Made by a program: the position numbers and the translations under genes
Notes under the pieces: generated by a model
What the model saw: the letters and a program-made list of their open reading frames with translations, nothing else
The model's database searches: none
What the model was told of the DNA's origin: nothing
Shown: piece after piece, positions 36,770 to 49,280 of the stretch
How positions within the stretch are numbered: the first letter of the stretch is position 1
How the letters are laid out: every line of letters begins with the position of its first letter
NCBI GenBank assembly: GCA_038087875.1
Contig: JAXLNO010005141.1
Span: 1-64,000 of the forward strand
Direction of reading: 5' to 3'
DNA: 64,000 nt
Origin: Malacoraja senta
Lineage: Eukaryota

Positions 36770-37421
36770 CTGAATAATAGAAAGAACTGATTAGAGCAAT
36801 AATCTATGATACTTATAAATTCCAATTTGATTAATACAAAATAAATGACACCATTTAAATGACGCCATCTGGCCAGCTCCTCCAATGGGTGCAGCTTTGC
36901 AATCCCCACTCATAAGAGAACTTCCTTGTTGTAGACTACCTCTACTTCCAGGATTTCATATTTGGCATCCATACTGTGGTGTGCCTTTACATTTGGCATT
37001 GCTTGCATGTCAATTGCTTGCAAGCTGCACAATTACTAACCCCTTCTTTTAAGAGGCAGAGGCAGTAACCTTCTGCAGCTATTGACATTTCCTTGACCAC
37101 TTCAGTTCTATGGTCTTTCTGAGATAGCCCTTACAATCAAGGTTTTCCATCAAATAAGGGAACTAAAGGAACTTTACTTCCTGTATACATTCTCAACAGC
37201 TCCCTCTTGTGATTTATTTTATTAACTCAAGCTCTCGGAAATAGATGTTCTGGTATGTCAAACAGATTGATGTTTTAAGATTAGTTTTAATTCAATATTT
37301 TGTTGGTTAGAAACCTAAATTAATCAATATCTTCAAACAGGCAAAACCCGATGGTGAGCATTACTACTATATAAAATCAACCATTTTCTTAAATAACTTA
37401 CACTTCAATGTTATAACTTAC

Positions 37422-37590
37422 CTTTGAAAGCCTGTGCATTATTTTCTATTGTGAACCTTTGTAGTATCTGGAGAAATCGAGGTCGAAGCAAATCAGAAGC
37501 AGGATCCATGTTTTCATTTTTCCTCAGGAATGATTTCAAAGCCAGCAAAGCCTTGAAAGCTAATTCAATCTCTTCAGTATGAACTATATC
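37422..37590 (-). CDS. MEI1: MEI1 coding exon, 169 nt, phase 0-1: DIVHTEEIELAFKALLALKSFLRKNENMDPASDLLRPRFLQILQRFTIENNAQAFK
   Basis: ttctttaag acceptor, GTAAGT donor; resembles LRTFLRRNED..FLLILQRL. Confidence 0.93.
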
Positions 37591-38061
37591 CTTAAAGAAA
37601 AGACAATTTTTTTTGTGTTGTAACATGAAAAACTATATCATAATCATTACAGGCAGTTTCTGGGTTTTAAGGGTTTCCTTCCGCACGACTGTCTGTAAGC
37701 CGGTTTGTTCACCTTGTTCAGCACAGACATTGTGGGCAAAAAGGCCTGCTCCTGTGCTGTACTGTTCTGTGTTTTCCATGAGTTGGAAATGTCCATTTTC
37801 TTTAGGAACCCACATCATGTTGCTCTACATATACTTGCTATAATTCTTTCATTTCATTTGATAACCATTCTAACACTGCCATAATTAAACAAATAGAATA
37901 TATACAGTATTCAGTCATTATGAATACCATGAAACATTTTATTATTGTTACTAGCTTACAAATCCTTTAAAAATCTATGGGAGAATCGATGTAGTCAGAT
38001 TTCTGTAAATCAGGTTATACAACATAGAAAAGTACAGCACAGGAACAGGAAGTCTGACAAA

Positions 38062-38785
38062 GACAGGACCATCACAGTAAATGGCAAGGTCGTGGGGTTT
38101 GTTGTTGAGTAGAGAGATCTAGGAGTTAGGAACATAGTTCCTTGAAAATGGCACCATAGGTAGATGGGGTGGTCAAGAAGGTTTTCGGCACATTGGCCTT
38201 TATCAGTCAGGATATTGAGTGTAGAAGTTGGAATGTTATGTTACACTTGTACAAGATATTGGTGAGGCCATATTTGGAGTATTGTCTTCAGCTTTGGTCA
38301 CCCTGCTATAGGAAAAGTGTTGTTAAAGAGTGCATAAAAGATGTACGAAGTTGCCAGGACTCGAGGGCCTGAGCTGTAGGGAGAGGTTGAGCAGGCTAGG
38401 ACTTTATTCCTTGGAGTACAAGGGGGATGAGGGGTGATCTTATAGAGATGTATAAGATCATGAGGGGGATAGGGTAAATGCACAGAATATTTTACCTAGA
38501 GTAGGGGATTCAAGAACCCGAGGACACGTTTAAGGTGAGAGGGGAAAGATTTAACAGGTACCTGAGGGGCAACTTTTTCACCCAAAGGATGATAGGTATA
38601 TGGAACAAGCTGTCAGAGGAGGTAGTTGAAGCAGGCACGATCACAACATTTAAAAGATATTTGGGCAGGTACATGGATAAGAAATGTTTAAAAGGAAATG
38701 GGCCAAATGCAGACAGGTGGGACTGGTATAGATGGGGCAAGTTGGGCTGAAGGGCCTGTTTCCATGCTGTGTAACTCTGACTCTA
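38062..38785 (+). mobile_element. CR1 LINE 3' fragment
   Basis: LYKILVRPYLEYCLQLWSP, GNFFTQRMIGIWNKL. Confidence 0.9.
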
Positions 38786-39445
38786 ATCCAACTTGAACTG
38801 CAAAATATTAAATATACATATCTCACCAAGGCTTGGCAACAGACTACCATAAATCAGTTTTGTTAATATTTTTTACTTCAGTATATTAAAAATTAAGTAT
38901 ACTATTACATTTCAAAATTGTATAATAGTTTATGCAAATAAAATTATTTGCAGAAAGTGTAAGAATATATTATTGTTGATTCATTCTTTTAAATCTGTAT
39001 TGCTATGTTTATAATTTAAACCCTGGAAATTATTATTGCCAACGTACAGGGAAAAAGTTGTGGCACAAACTGTTGCTATTCTGATGAAGTTACACAGCTA
39101 ACATGCGTTGGAAATATGCAGAGTGGATAGATCATTATGCCAATCAGCATTCAAAGCCGGTTAGATGTCTATCTGTTCAACATTTTTCCAAAGATAAAGG
39201 ACGATTTACTTCCACTTGATGTTCCACTATCTCCTCCCTGGGATAATGCTTCAACAATCCCAGGAATCTGCGGGCAGATAGATTGCAACAGTTCATAACA
39301 CATTGTAAGTCCTTGTCAACATTTGTATGCAAAGCCACAAAGGTAACAACGTAACTGGTACAGAGTTGCACCAGTTCCTCCAGAGAGCTGACTTAGTGTC
39401 TCTTTTGTTTGTGCTTCACGGAAGAAGACATCAGGTGACGAATAA

Positions 39446-39670
39446 AGGGCCTGTCCCACTTGGCGATTGTTTCGGCGGCTGCCAGCATCATTAACTGACG
39501 TATCAGGTCACTGAAAAATTTGTGGCGTGATGACGTCTGACGCGCGCTGTTTTTTCAAGTATCGCAACATTTTTTTGTCGCCGCTGGATTTTGAAATGTT
39601 CAAAATCTTTTGGCGACACTGATATGACGCCGGCAGTCGCCGGAAAAAATCGCCAAGTGGGACAGGCCCT
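39446..39670. mobile_element. PIF/Harbinger-type MITE
   Basis: TIR AGGGCCTGTCCCACTTGGCGATT; TAA TSD at 39443-39445 and 39671-39673. Confidence 0.88.
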
Positions 39671-39764
39671 TAATTTGTCCATAAATGAGCTCATGAGCTA
39701 TCCACCATTTCCATGCTAGAAAGGATGAGCTTCAAGCTCTGTGCAAGCTTTGCTAAAGTTAGTG

Positions 39765-39992
39765 TAGAAACAAAGAACTGCACATGCTGGTTTACCAAAA
39801 AAAAACGTAAGTCTGAAGAAATCTTGAAGACAATTTGTGTAGGAACTGCAGATGCTGGTTTACACCGAAGATAGACGCAAAGTGCTGGAGTATTTAAGTG
39901 GGACAGGCAGCATCTCTGGTTAGAAGGAATGGGTGAGCCATCTTCAGAGATGCTGCCCGTCCCGCAGAGTTACTCCAGCATTTTGTGTCTAT
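39765..39992. mobile_element. Penelope-derived short elements in inverted arrangement
   Basis: GGAACTGCAGATGCTGG..GGGACAGGCAGCATCTCTG facing AGATGCTGCCCGTCCCGCAGAGTTACTCCAGCATTTTGTGTCTATC. Confidence 0.7.
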
Positions 39993-41087
39993 CCCTCAAC
40001 AACTTTCCTATCCAAGTACTTTCCAAAACCTTTTAAACGTTGTAAATATTCACCACCCTGTGTAAAGAAAATGTACCCCTCAGACCTTCATTTAGTCTTC
40101 AGATTGTGGAAAGGAAAACTAGAAACTGAGAATACCATAATTTTTAAATAGTTTTTACAACCAATGCTGATAAGGAGTCAACAACGACCATTTCAATGAT
40201 GATGTTACTGCCTCATATATTGGGTAATGGAATCTAGCCTGCTCCCTATGAATTACCTGCTGCTGTATACCTTGTCTTGCAAGTGAGAGGGAGTGTGTCG
40301 GTATCACATAATATACTTGGGTCATATATTTGTCTTGAAATAGCTGGCAATATATGAAAGCTGCAAAATACAGATATAAGGTTTGGAATGGAGGTGTGCT
40401 ACAGCATCTAATTCTCAATTTATCATAAGTCTTGATTGGGATCATTGGTTAGTGAGTGTAGTGCACAATGTAGTATCAGAGATTTGCTGTGCAGTTGGTG
40501 ATATTTGGCATCTGAAGATGCATTTGCTGATCCTAACAACTTTTACGCTCTGTATACAGGTCTTCAGGATGACTCTCTAGCATTATGAGCCACAAGTATC
40601 TCCATCCACTGTAGGAGGATTCTTTTATATTTGCAAATACTAGATAACTTACCTAATTTTCACCAGGACTTTAAATGCAGCATTGGAAATATGCAACTTG
40701 TATTCCCCCTTTCTGTACCCTTTTTAACATCTCCCAGGAAAGAAGAAACTAGAGATCAATAATGGTAGTAATCATTTGGGTAAGTATATTAGTGGGTAGA
40801 GAAATGTAGCAAATGGAGGTCTATAGGTTGGATAGCTGAGATATTGAAAGGTCAGTGAATTGGGAAAAGAGACATAGGATTTCTTCCACTGACATTTAAA
40901 ATCTATGCAATTTCCGGTCTGATTCTGAAATTATAAAAAAAATAGCAACAAGCCTAATTATAATTCAGTCCAGATATCAGTGATGCTAAAAACTGGGACA
41001 TTAATAAAAAGCAAGATCATCTTCAGCACTTGTTGCTGATTAGAGCAAAAAAAATTCTTATAACAAGCAATAATGATTGTTACTTAC

Positions 41088-41351
41088 CAGCAGAATCAGG
41101 AGGACATTTGGATTTCCTTGGATAATATTCATCAAGCAACTTACATCACCCTGAAAGTTGGGAAGCATGTTTTCAACCTCACTATGGTTGATATCAAAAT
41201 GTGTAAACCAACATTTCAAGATGCAGAGACCAAATCTGTCTGTCAACTCTGGATAGTGAAAGAAAAACTTCAGAACTAGAGGGTGACTCGTATACACAGA
41301 AGAAACAGTGGCAATACTCTCCAAGAGCTTACAAATGGAGTTCAGTGATAT
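41088..41351 (-). CDS. MEI1: MEI1 coding exon, 264 nt, phase 0-0: ISLNSICKLLESIATVSSVYTSHPLVLKFFFHYPELTDRFGLCILKCWF...NIIQGNPNVLLILL
   Basis: ttttttgcag acceptor, GTAAGT donor; ORF 41058..41357; resembles [27 protein letters not shown]. Confidence 0.94.
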
Positions 41352-42199
41352 CTGCAAAAAAATGAGAAAACAAACAGAATTATAATAATCATAGTAAGAA
41401 CCTACTAGTTCCTTTTCTTAAATATAAACTGCATCCAATCCTTAGGTTTCCTATTTTATCTGGTAATTTCGGTCTTCTTTGAACCTAATTCTATCGTTAA
41501 CTTATTTGGCTATTAATGGTTAGATTGTTTTTATCACCACAAAATAAGCTGAAGTAATTCTCCATCCTTACCACATCCTATATCCTAAAAATCCCTCATG
41601 GTTGTTTCCGGCATCTTCATTTGACTACTGCTAAACATTCTTTGCTGAAACCTGTTCTTCTATTCTCTAAGTTTCAGCAGTTCCCGATTCTAACTTCCCC
41701 ACTGAAACTTGTAAAGAATAGAAGATGAGGATCTTCTTCCACCAAACCACCCCACTCCCAAATTTAACTGCAAATGTTAACATTCTGCCTAAATCTAATG
41801 TTCTAAAATCATTCCTTTAAATTTTGGTATTTTACTTGCTTGAGCCTCCTTAAATTCCACATCTTTAGACCTTTGGAACACATTTGCTAACAACTCTGCT
41901 TTGGGCCAATGTGTTTTTTTTCTCAAATGCTTTTGTGAAGTGCAATTAGATGTCCTTTTTACATTGTAAAAATATTTGTTCTTGTAGTCTGTGTGTGTTT
42001 ACATATACAAGAGAGAATTCTCTGCCACACAAATATTGCTATACTCCAGAAATTTAGGACTTTAGTCCAACTACATCAGATGCAAATTATTGATCAGATT
42101 GTTATCACTGTTCTGTTACAAGAAAAAGTGTAATAAAAAATTAAATGACCAGAAGTACTAATTTTACTCAGTGTACAATAAAAAATCATCTATGTTTAC

Positions 42200-42347
42200 C
42201 AAATCTAGTTTACTGCACTTTTCTTGGCATATAGATAATAGATAGATTGCGGCTTTAAGTACAAAGGGCGGAGGTGCATGTCCTCGATCGAAGGATGTGT
42301 GTAAAAAGCTACTGATAGCTTTGAATAAATGACCTTCTGAAAAAAAC
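42200..42347 (-). CDS. MEI1: MEI1 coding exon, 148 nt, phase 2-0: RFFSEGHLFKAISSFLHTSFDRGHAPPPFVLKAAIYLLSICQEKCSKLDL
   Basis: tgtttccatag acceptor, GTAAAC donor; resembles FVSEAELFEAVQSFL..VFKASIYLLAICQDK. Confidence 0.92.
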
Positions 42348-42964
42348 CTATGGAAACAAAAACAGAGTGAAGTACTCCACAATATTCATGTGTATGCTCT
42401 TCAAATGTACATAACCTGATAAAAGAGCTGATGGAAAGCTATAATCATTATAATCTAATTCTAGTATTGAACCATTTATTTTAAACCAACAACCTTTAAT
42501 AAAAAAGCAAGAATGTTGCTTTACCATAGCATAAAAACATTTATATACCAATATTTACACAGCATAATTTCATGATCTAAGTGTTAAAAGGCAAATAAAA
42601 GGTTTTGACATTGGTGTATTAGCGGTTAGATCATTGAGAAGTAAACTATAGTCCATGCCTATAATTCCAAAGCTCCTTTGAAGTGAAGCTTTTGAAGCAG
42701 GATGGGAAAACATGAATTTCTATAGACTGTGTAAATGTCAAAAAGCAGTTTAGTTGAATTACTCCTGAACAATTTCTATTTTTTCATATGTAAGTATATG
42801 GGTTATCTAATTTTGTATATGCGTCTCATCTATAATAGCACACCTTTAATTCAATGTGGTACTTTTGATATTGATTTTATGTCAACATTTATCATCTTAA
42901 CAGCTGTACTAACATTTATATTATGTAAATACAAACATTAATATTTCAGAATAGAAATTCAATA

Positions 42965-43300
42965 TGGCACCATAATGCAGCTAATAGAGCTGCTGCCTCA
43001 CAGCTTCAGCAATACAAATTTAATTCTGACTGCTAGTATGGAGTCTGCAAATTCTCCGTTACTGTGCATTTCCTCTGTGTGATCCAGCTTCCTCATACAT
43101 TTCAAAGACATGCAGTTTGGTAGGTTAACTGACTACTGTCAATTGCCTTGGGTATGTAAGTATAATTTTGGTGGGATTGGGATGGAAGTAGTTGATGGAA
43201 TTGTGAGGAAAATACAGTAGGATAAGTGCAGGATAGGTGCTTGATGGCGAGCAGACTTAGTGGGCTGGATGACCAGTTCATGGCTTATATGACTCCATGA
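42965..43300 (+). mobile_element. Degenerate V-SINE
   Basis: TAGAGCTGCTGCCTCACAGC head; TTCCTCATACATTTCAAAGACATGCAGTTTGGTAGGTTAA. Confidence 0.65.
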
Positions 43301-44081
43301 TTCAATTAATTAAAACTATCTATTGTGATATAGCTGCAGGCTTAAGACAACTTTAAGCTTCATCACTCTATTGCCGATTTAATTTTTTTCTAAGAGCGGC
43401 TGAAGCTCAGGTTTTCCTCTAAACACACAAATTTAGCATGCTGACATTGCAATGTCGGTTCCCTAACATGCATAATTGAAAAATTAATTCTTCCTTTGTG
43501 TATGTAGAACCTTGCTGAATTATACTTTAGCCAGGACTATTACTTAACCTAATATTTGTGTTGCTTAGGCAGCAGGATATTATCAAAAGACTTTCAATTT
43601 AGTGAATGCTTTAATTTGTAATGTTTTCACTGAAATGAAAGTTCAATTTGGTCCAGCTTGATTATCCAAGGTAAAAAAATAAAAATAGACTGACTTCATA
43701 CCCACTCGCTGACAAATGTATGAACTGAAACAAGATTGTTCACAACTTAATATTATACTTGATTTTGACTGCTTTGTGCCTCATATCCATGGCGTGATTA
43801 TGGTAATCTATTTCCAGCTCTGCAATATCACCCAGGTTTGCACATGTCAGAACTCTGTTTTTGTTATTGCTAGTATTTCCATACATTCCTGGCCTTCCTC
43901 ATTCTACCTTCCATAAAGTTAAAATTGTGTTACTCATGTGCTAATTCAGCCAAGTCTCATTTACCCATCGCTTAAGCAATATTAACTCATCCTTTTCCAT
44001 GGTCTTCTTCCTTTCTCAAATCCATCACATTTTTTTAATCAAATATTGTTGCTGAAGAGAAAGGTGTAAAAACAGGAATTA

Positions 44082-44626
44082 CAGGTAGTTCTCAATAACG
44101 TGTGTTTCCACACTATGAATTGGATATAAAGGAATTGATGAATTAGGGAACACTATATGCAGCAGGAGGGGCTAACTGGCTACATGATTTTGATTTGGAA
44201 CTAGCGATCTACTTCAAAGCTACTTTGGAAATTGAAAAGCAGAAAAAAGCTGTCTTGCAAAAAACAAGCTAGGGAATAAACATTACTGTATGTTTATTAC
44301 CTTCCCACAGTAATCAAACAGATTTGCCTCTTAAGAACAGTCTACCAGCTTCACTTCTGGTGGCCAGTGAAATTGACAAGCAACCACTTCTATTGACTTG
44401 TGCAATGATACTCCATTAACCAATGTAACATAGAGCCACAAAACTAAACATAACATTTTTTTAAAGATATTTAATTTTGAAAAACCTGCTGGGAAAAAAA
44501 TACTTTGTTATTGCGAGTCTTAAGTTCTCTAACCTCGAACCCACTTTGCCACAACTGTTTTTATAATGCGATTTTCCATAACACGAGGTTTCTTAAGAAT
44601 GTAACAATTGCATTAAAGCAGAATTA
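44082..44626 (+). mobile_element. Tigger-like non-autonomous element (same family as 9962 and 58645)
   Basis: TA|CAGGTAGTTCT left end; right end ATAACACGAGGTTTCTTAAGAATGTAACAATTGCATTAAAGCAGAA. Confidence 0.7.
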
Positions 44627-44716
44627 ATGTGATGTCCTTCCATCAATAGTTTGTATGATACAAGTATGCAATTTGTTTTATCAACAACTAAACAATGTTT
44701 CTAAATAGGCTGTTAC

Positions 44717-44894
44717 CTGTTATCGTACATATGGGCCAAGTATAATAATAATAGCAGACAATTTTGGTGGTTTTGGAGATCTTCGTCTATTCCAATTGTG
44801 TCTAAACTTTCGGAAAGTACAGATATAATGTCTAAAAATGTATAGTTCAGATGTGGAATACACTTCGCAAAGAGTGCAGAAACTTCTTCCAGAT
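44717..44894 (-). CDS. MEI1: MEI1 coding exon, 178 nt, phase 1-2: DLEEVSALFAKCIPHLNYTFLDIISVLSESLDTIGIDEDLQNHQNCLLLLLYLAHMYDN
   Basis: ctctggtcctag acceptor, GTAACA donor; within ORF 44713..44943; resembles QYCILLLFYLAYIHEDR. Confidence 0.88.
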
Positions 44895-45439
44895 CTAGGA
44901 CCAGAGAAAATTGTTCATAGATAATTACAGTGACATCTCTCATTGTTTTAATCTTACACTATATAACTGTATAACATTGAATCGTGCAAACATTTATGCA
45001 ATGGATTAAGGAAGTCAATTCAACAAGCAGGAGCAATATTTTGGCAGCTATATTTGCATTAAAGCATTTGAATAAAGGAACAAAATTACTCGCTCAGAAC
45101 TGCACCTTTTGATAGCTTTCCATGGACATGGAAAGCGAGGAACTTGGCAATTATGCCTTCTTTTGTTCATGATTGTGTCAATATGCAATAAGCTAAAATA
45201 TGAATAATGCTAATGGTTGAGGCATTCATGGGTTGTTATCTGTGGAGCCATAGTTGAGTGTGAAGAAGTGACTTTGGGAGATAAGGAGAGAAAATTGGAA
45301 GCAAAGTACAAAAGCAAATAAACAAGACAAATTACATAAATATAAATGTATCAATCTCTATTTATTTCCTTACATACTCCCAAGTTTATGTAAACTGTAT
45401 TATAACAAATTTAACAAAGTGGAGCTAAAACATAATCGC

Positions 45440-45770
45440 AACACAGTAGCGCAGCAAGAAGAGCTGCTGTCTCACAGATCCAGCAATCTGAATTCAACCC
45501 TAATTTCCGGTACTGTCTAGATGAATTTTGCACCTTCTTCTTGTGACTTGTGGGTACATTGATTTCTCCCCGCATCCCAAAGACATGCCAGTAGATTAAT
45601 GGCTACTATAGATTTTGCCTAATTTAGGTAACTGCTAAATAAATCATGGGGGATTTGATAGGCACATGAGAGAATTGGTTACAGGGAAATGTGGAAGTGT
45701 GGGATTGATGAAATTGCTCTGAGAGCTGGCATTGGCTCAGTGAGCACAATGGCCTGTTTCTTTGTTGTAA
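45440..45770 (+). mobile_element. Degenerate V-SINE
   Basis: CAGTAGCGCAGCAAGAAGAGCTGCTGTCTCACAG head; CCCGCATCCCAAAGACATG. Confidence 0.65.
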
Positions 45771-45846
45771 GGAAATATGCATACCAAAGATTTTTACTAA
45801 ATGTAATATGTCAAGACCTTAGTAGAGTTAATACACACTGTTATGT

Positions 45847-46593
45847 ATTGCCTGGGAACAATACCAACGGAGTAAGTAATTTAACTGTAATTTAGTAACT
45901 TACTTCAAACATAGTACATCACCTTAACCTACATAAATTGGTTGCAGCCTTTTAAACTGTGTCCCGGCCAAGTCCCGCTGATTGGACGGTGTTTCCAATC
46001 TACCACGCATGTGCGCACCCGTGACGTTCCTGGCTGACAACGCATTAGGAAAACCTGCTTCATTGCGTAGTAGCAGGGTGTCAAAATATTTCTGCTCAAG
46101 CTCTCCCACGTGCATGTGGAGCATCTTGAGCTCAGCTGCTTCCTCCAGTCTTGTCGTTGGTGTTAAAATTGGTAAAAGCTCAATGTGGTCCTGGGGAGGT
46201 GTTGTTGGAAAGCGGAGAAGCCTCTGGTGATGGTCCCGCTGTCGCCGTCGACCAGAATAGATAAGGAGCTTGAAGAGCCGTTTATGTTTCTTTTTTTTTT
46301 TAAACCTCGTCACCAATTGCCCAGAACGATAACGGAATAAGTAATTTACGAACTAACTTTGAACATAGTACATCACCTCGACTTGCATAAAATAGCTGCA
46401 GCCTTTTAAAGTGTCACGCATTCCTACTCTCCAGAGGTGCTACCTGTCCCATTGAGTTACTCCAGCATTTTGTGTTTATATTCGGTGTAAACCAGCATCT
46501 GCAGTTACTTCCTACACTTTAAAACTGTGCCCCGGACAAGTCCCGCATCACCGTCCTCTGATTGGACGGTGTTCCCAAGCTACCACGCACGTG
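45847..46593 (+). repeat. Diverged direct duplication (45847-46013 and 46316-46593; second copy interrupted by a Penelope-derived insert at about 46411-46517)
   Basis: Shared ACATAGTACATCACCT, GCAGCCTTTTAAA, CAAGTCCCGC, CTGATTGGACGGTGTT..CTACCACGCA. Confidence 0.85.
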
Positions 46594-47004
46594 ATTAACT
46601 ACTCCCTGATTCTCTCCTTGAATCCGCCCCCCCTGATTATCCCACAACTCACTGCTCTAAGGACAATTTACAGTTATTTTCAAAGCTGTCTCTATGACAT
46701 TATATTGCCATGACAAAGAAAATTACAAATGATTCAGAAGTGTAGAGTTACACCTTGAGAGAAAAAAACCCTTCATGCTGCATCACTCATTATTAATTTG
46801 GACAAGGAAGGCTTTTCAATACATCCTAGATCTTCAATAAAAAAAGAAACATAATACTGCCCGTTCACAGCAGTCATCTAACTCCAGGATTTTTGTTTCC
46901 AGTTTCCAACGATATCTGCAATTAATAATTTCATCAAATTCCTTATCTTTCCTATGCCAGTCCAAACTCGTGCTTTAGGGGTCTTATATTCACAATAAAC
47001 ATAT

Positions 47005-47290
47005 GACACAGGAGGCCATTTAGCCCATTGGATCCATGCTGGACCCCAGTGAAGCAAATCTCATTAGATCTTTTCCCTTTCTTATTTCCCTGTGGCCGTG
47101 CAACTTATTCCCTACCACTTACCCATTAAGTCCCCTTAAGATTCTTTTGTCATTTATTTAGAGTAATCAATCAACCTACCAGCACATAGTTGGAATATAG
47201 AGGAAACTGGATCATTCAGAGAGTCATGGAGAGAACATGCAAAGTCCATACAGACAGCATCTAAGGTCAGGACTGAACCCAGGAACTCTG
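47005..47290 (-). mobile_element. Degenerate V-SINE
   Basis: GGAGAGAACATGCAAAGTCCATACAGACAGCATCTAAGGTCAGGACTGAACCCAGG on the plus strand. Confidence 0.6.
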
Positions 47291-47832
47291 AGGATGCAGA
47301 ACAAAAAGATATTGGAGTCAGCAGAAAATCTTTTCTTGAAGGTTTTATTTTACTGTGGGACCTTTGGCATTTGAAAAATACGAATTAAATCAAGGAAGGA
47401 AATACTCCCAGGCCATTTCCCAACAAAATAAGATGTTGTGGGACTTTCATCACTGGTTTATGGATTACCAGTAAATCCATGGAAACACAGGCAAAAGAGA
47501 AAAATTAAGCTGGATAAATATCTGAAAAGAAAGAACTTGCTGGGCCATTGGGAGAGGGCAGGAGACTGGAATGTTGTACTCCCACAAGCTAAAGGCTTCC
47601 TTTGCTGAAACAATTGTCATTCTGTGAAATGCACATAATGGTGACGAATTACATTGGTTACCCATTTTATAGATGTCAACATTTCATTTTACAAGGTAAT
47701 AAGCAATTGAAGCAAATGTCTGGAGAATGGAAAAGGTGACAGGTTTTTATCATAAAAACTCCACAGGTCTCACGCAGCCTCAAGGATAATTTTTGTGAAA
47801 TTAGAAATGAGAAAAAAAAATATCATCCATAC

Positions 47833-47927
47833 CATGCTGATAATTCAGAACATCTTCCGTAGCTGAAAATAGGTTTCGACACAAGGCACAAAGGAAGTCT
47901 GAGCAGGCCCGATTCAATTTTGGATTT
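47833..47927 (-). CDS. MEI1: MEI1 coding exon, 95 nt, phase 2-1: RNPKLNRACSDFLCALCRNLFSATEDVLNYQH
   Basis: gttttattag acceptor, GTATGG donor; resembles LNQVCSNFLYYMCLNLLSA. Confidence 0.88.
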
Positions 47928-48102
47928 CTAATAAAACATAAAAAAATCATATATTTTAGAATTCTCACCTAGCATAAGCGGTAGAGCTGTGGAAATGAAT
48001 TTTAAGTCACTGAATAAAATAGAAAAAAGGTACATTCACTAACAAAATGACAGCATAATTTAGCCGTAAAACATAAATATGTGAATATGTAGGTTGCATT
48101 AC

Positions 48103-48163
48103 CTGCCTCCTGTACATAATCTGTTTTTCAGTTCCATTGTAAACTTTATAAAAGATGATGAAG
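48103..48163 (-). CDS. MEI1: MEI1 coding exon, 61 nt, phase 1-2: ASSSFIKFTMELKNRLCTGG
   Basis: ctacttacag acceptor, GTAATG donor; resembles ASSAFIRLTLELKARFCSG. Confidence 0.9.
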
Positions 48164-48342
48164 CTGTAAGTAGTTAATTCAAATATTGAATTGAGTGGTG
48201 GTTTATAGGTAGTTTAAATGTAAATGTAGGCAACTATCATGGTAGGAATATTATAATTCATTTTAAAAGCAACACAAATATAATAGTGTTAATGTACTGA
48301 CAAACAATTGCATTGGAACTTAAAAATGGTAGAATGCCATAC

Positions 48343-48454
48343 CTAGCTTAACAGAAAATAGGTTGGCTGTGTTGGGCAAAATAGTGTACTGCACACTGAG
48401 AATGGAGAAGAAAACCTCCATCACTGTGGCGTTAGGAGTCTTTTCATAATATTT
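48343..48454 (-). CDS. MEI1: MEI1 coding exon, 112 nt, phase 0-1: KYYEKTPNATVMEVFFSILSVQYTILPNTANLFSVKL
   Basis: attctaacag acceptor, GTATGG donor; resembles LMEVFLSIL..FSKKL. Confidence 0.9.
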
Positions 48455-49133
48455 CTGTTAGAATGAAATACAGAAGAGAAAATTGACCAATAAAATTATG
48501 AATATAACAGAACAAACCAATTGCCAGTCAAGCTAAACTTTATTGTTGCAGGTCTCTTAAGGGCACATTTGTTCATTGTTGTTTACTTCCCAAATTTATT
48601 GTTGAATAAAATGTGAGGTAGACCTGGAGAGTTTACACTGTTAAAGAGCAACAAACAGCTGAAAATCTGATATAGTAAAGAATAATGCCCAAAATACTCA
48701 GGAGGGGTTCAATATTTGCAGAGGCAGTTAAAGTTTCAGGTCAATTACTTTTTATTTGAACTCTGAGAAGAAAGCAAGATTTCTCAGCCAGCATCGTCAC
48801 TATTTGTGATATTCAACCTATTTGTCTCCACCATAATAAAAAGCTTTTAATTTGTTCCCTACATCTCTCTTTCCCTGTATAATGATTGTTTTTCTACTTT
48901 TGACGAAAGGTCATCGTCACAAAATGACCCAAAATGTCACCTACCCATGACCTCCTGAGATGCTGCAGCACTTTCCGTTCAGTACAAGGGACATTTTAGA
49001 ACAAACAAGTGCATTATAAAATCTGCTTGATTACCAAACAATTTTCATCATTAGTATTGCTAGTTATCAAGAAGGATTTTCAAGGTGAAATCTGCAATAT
49101 CATAAAAAGCATTCCTAAAAATGAATTACTCAA

Positions 49134-49280
49134 TGCTAAATTTTTAAGCAATAATACAATTGAAAATCAATGTTTTTTTTGAGAAAATGAAAATACATGG
49201 TTCTTTGCTAAATTTTTAAGCAATAATACAATTGAAAATCAATGTTTTTTTGAGAAAATGAAAATACATGGTTCTTTGCT
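49134..49280 (+). repeat. Tandem duplication, 72-bp unit x2
   Basis: TGCTAAATTTTTAAGCAATAATACAATTG..ATACATGGTTCTT repeated; copies differ by one T. Confidence 0.95.

Noticed and set aside
45924-46316. 130-aa minus-strand ORF in a MEI1 intron as an extra exon or nested gene
   Set aside because: The flanking MEI1 exons already join in phase, the ORF begins in a poly-A run, and it has no recognisable homology.
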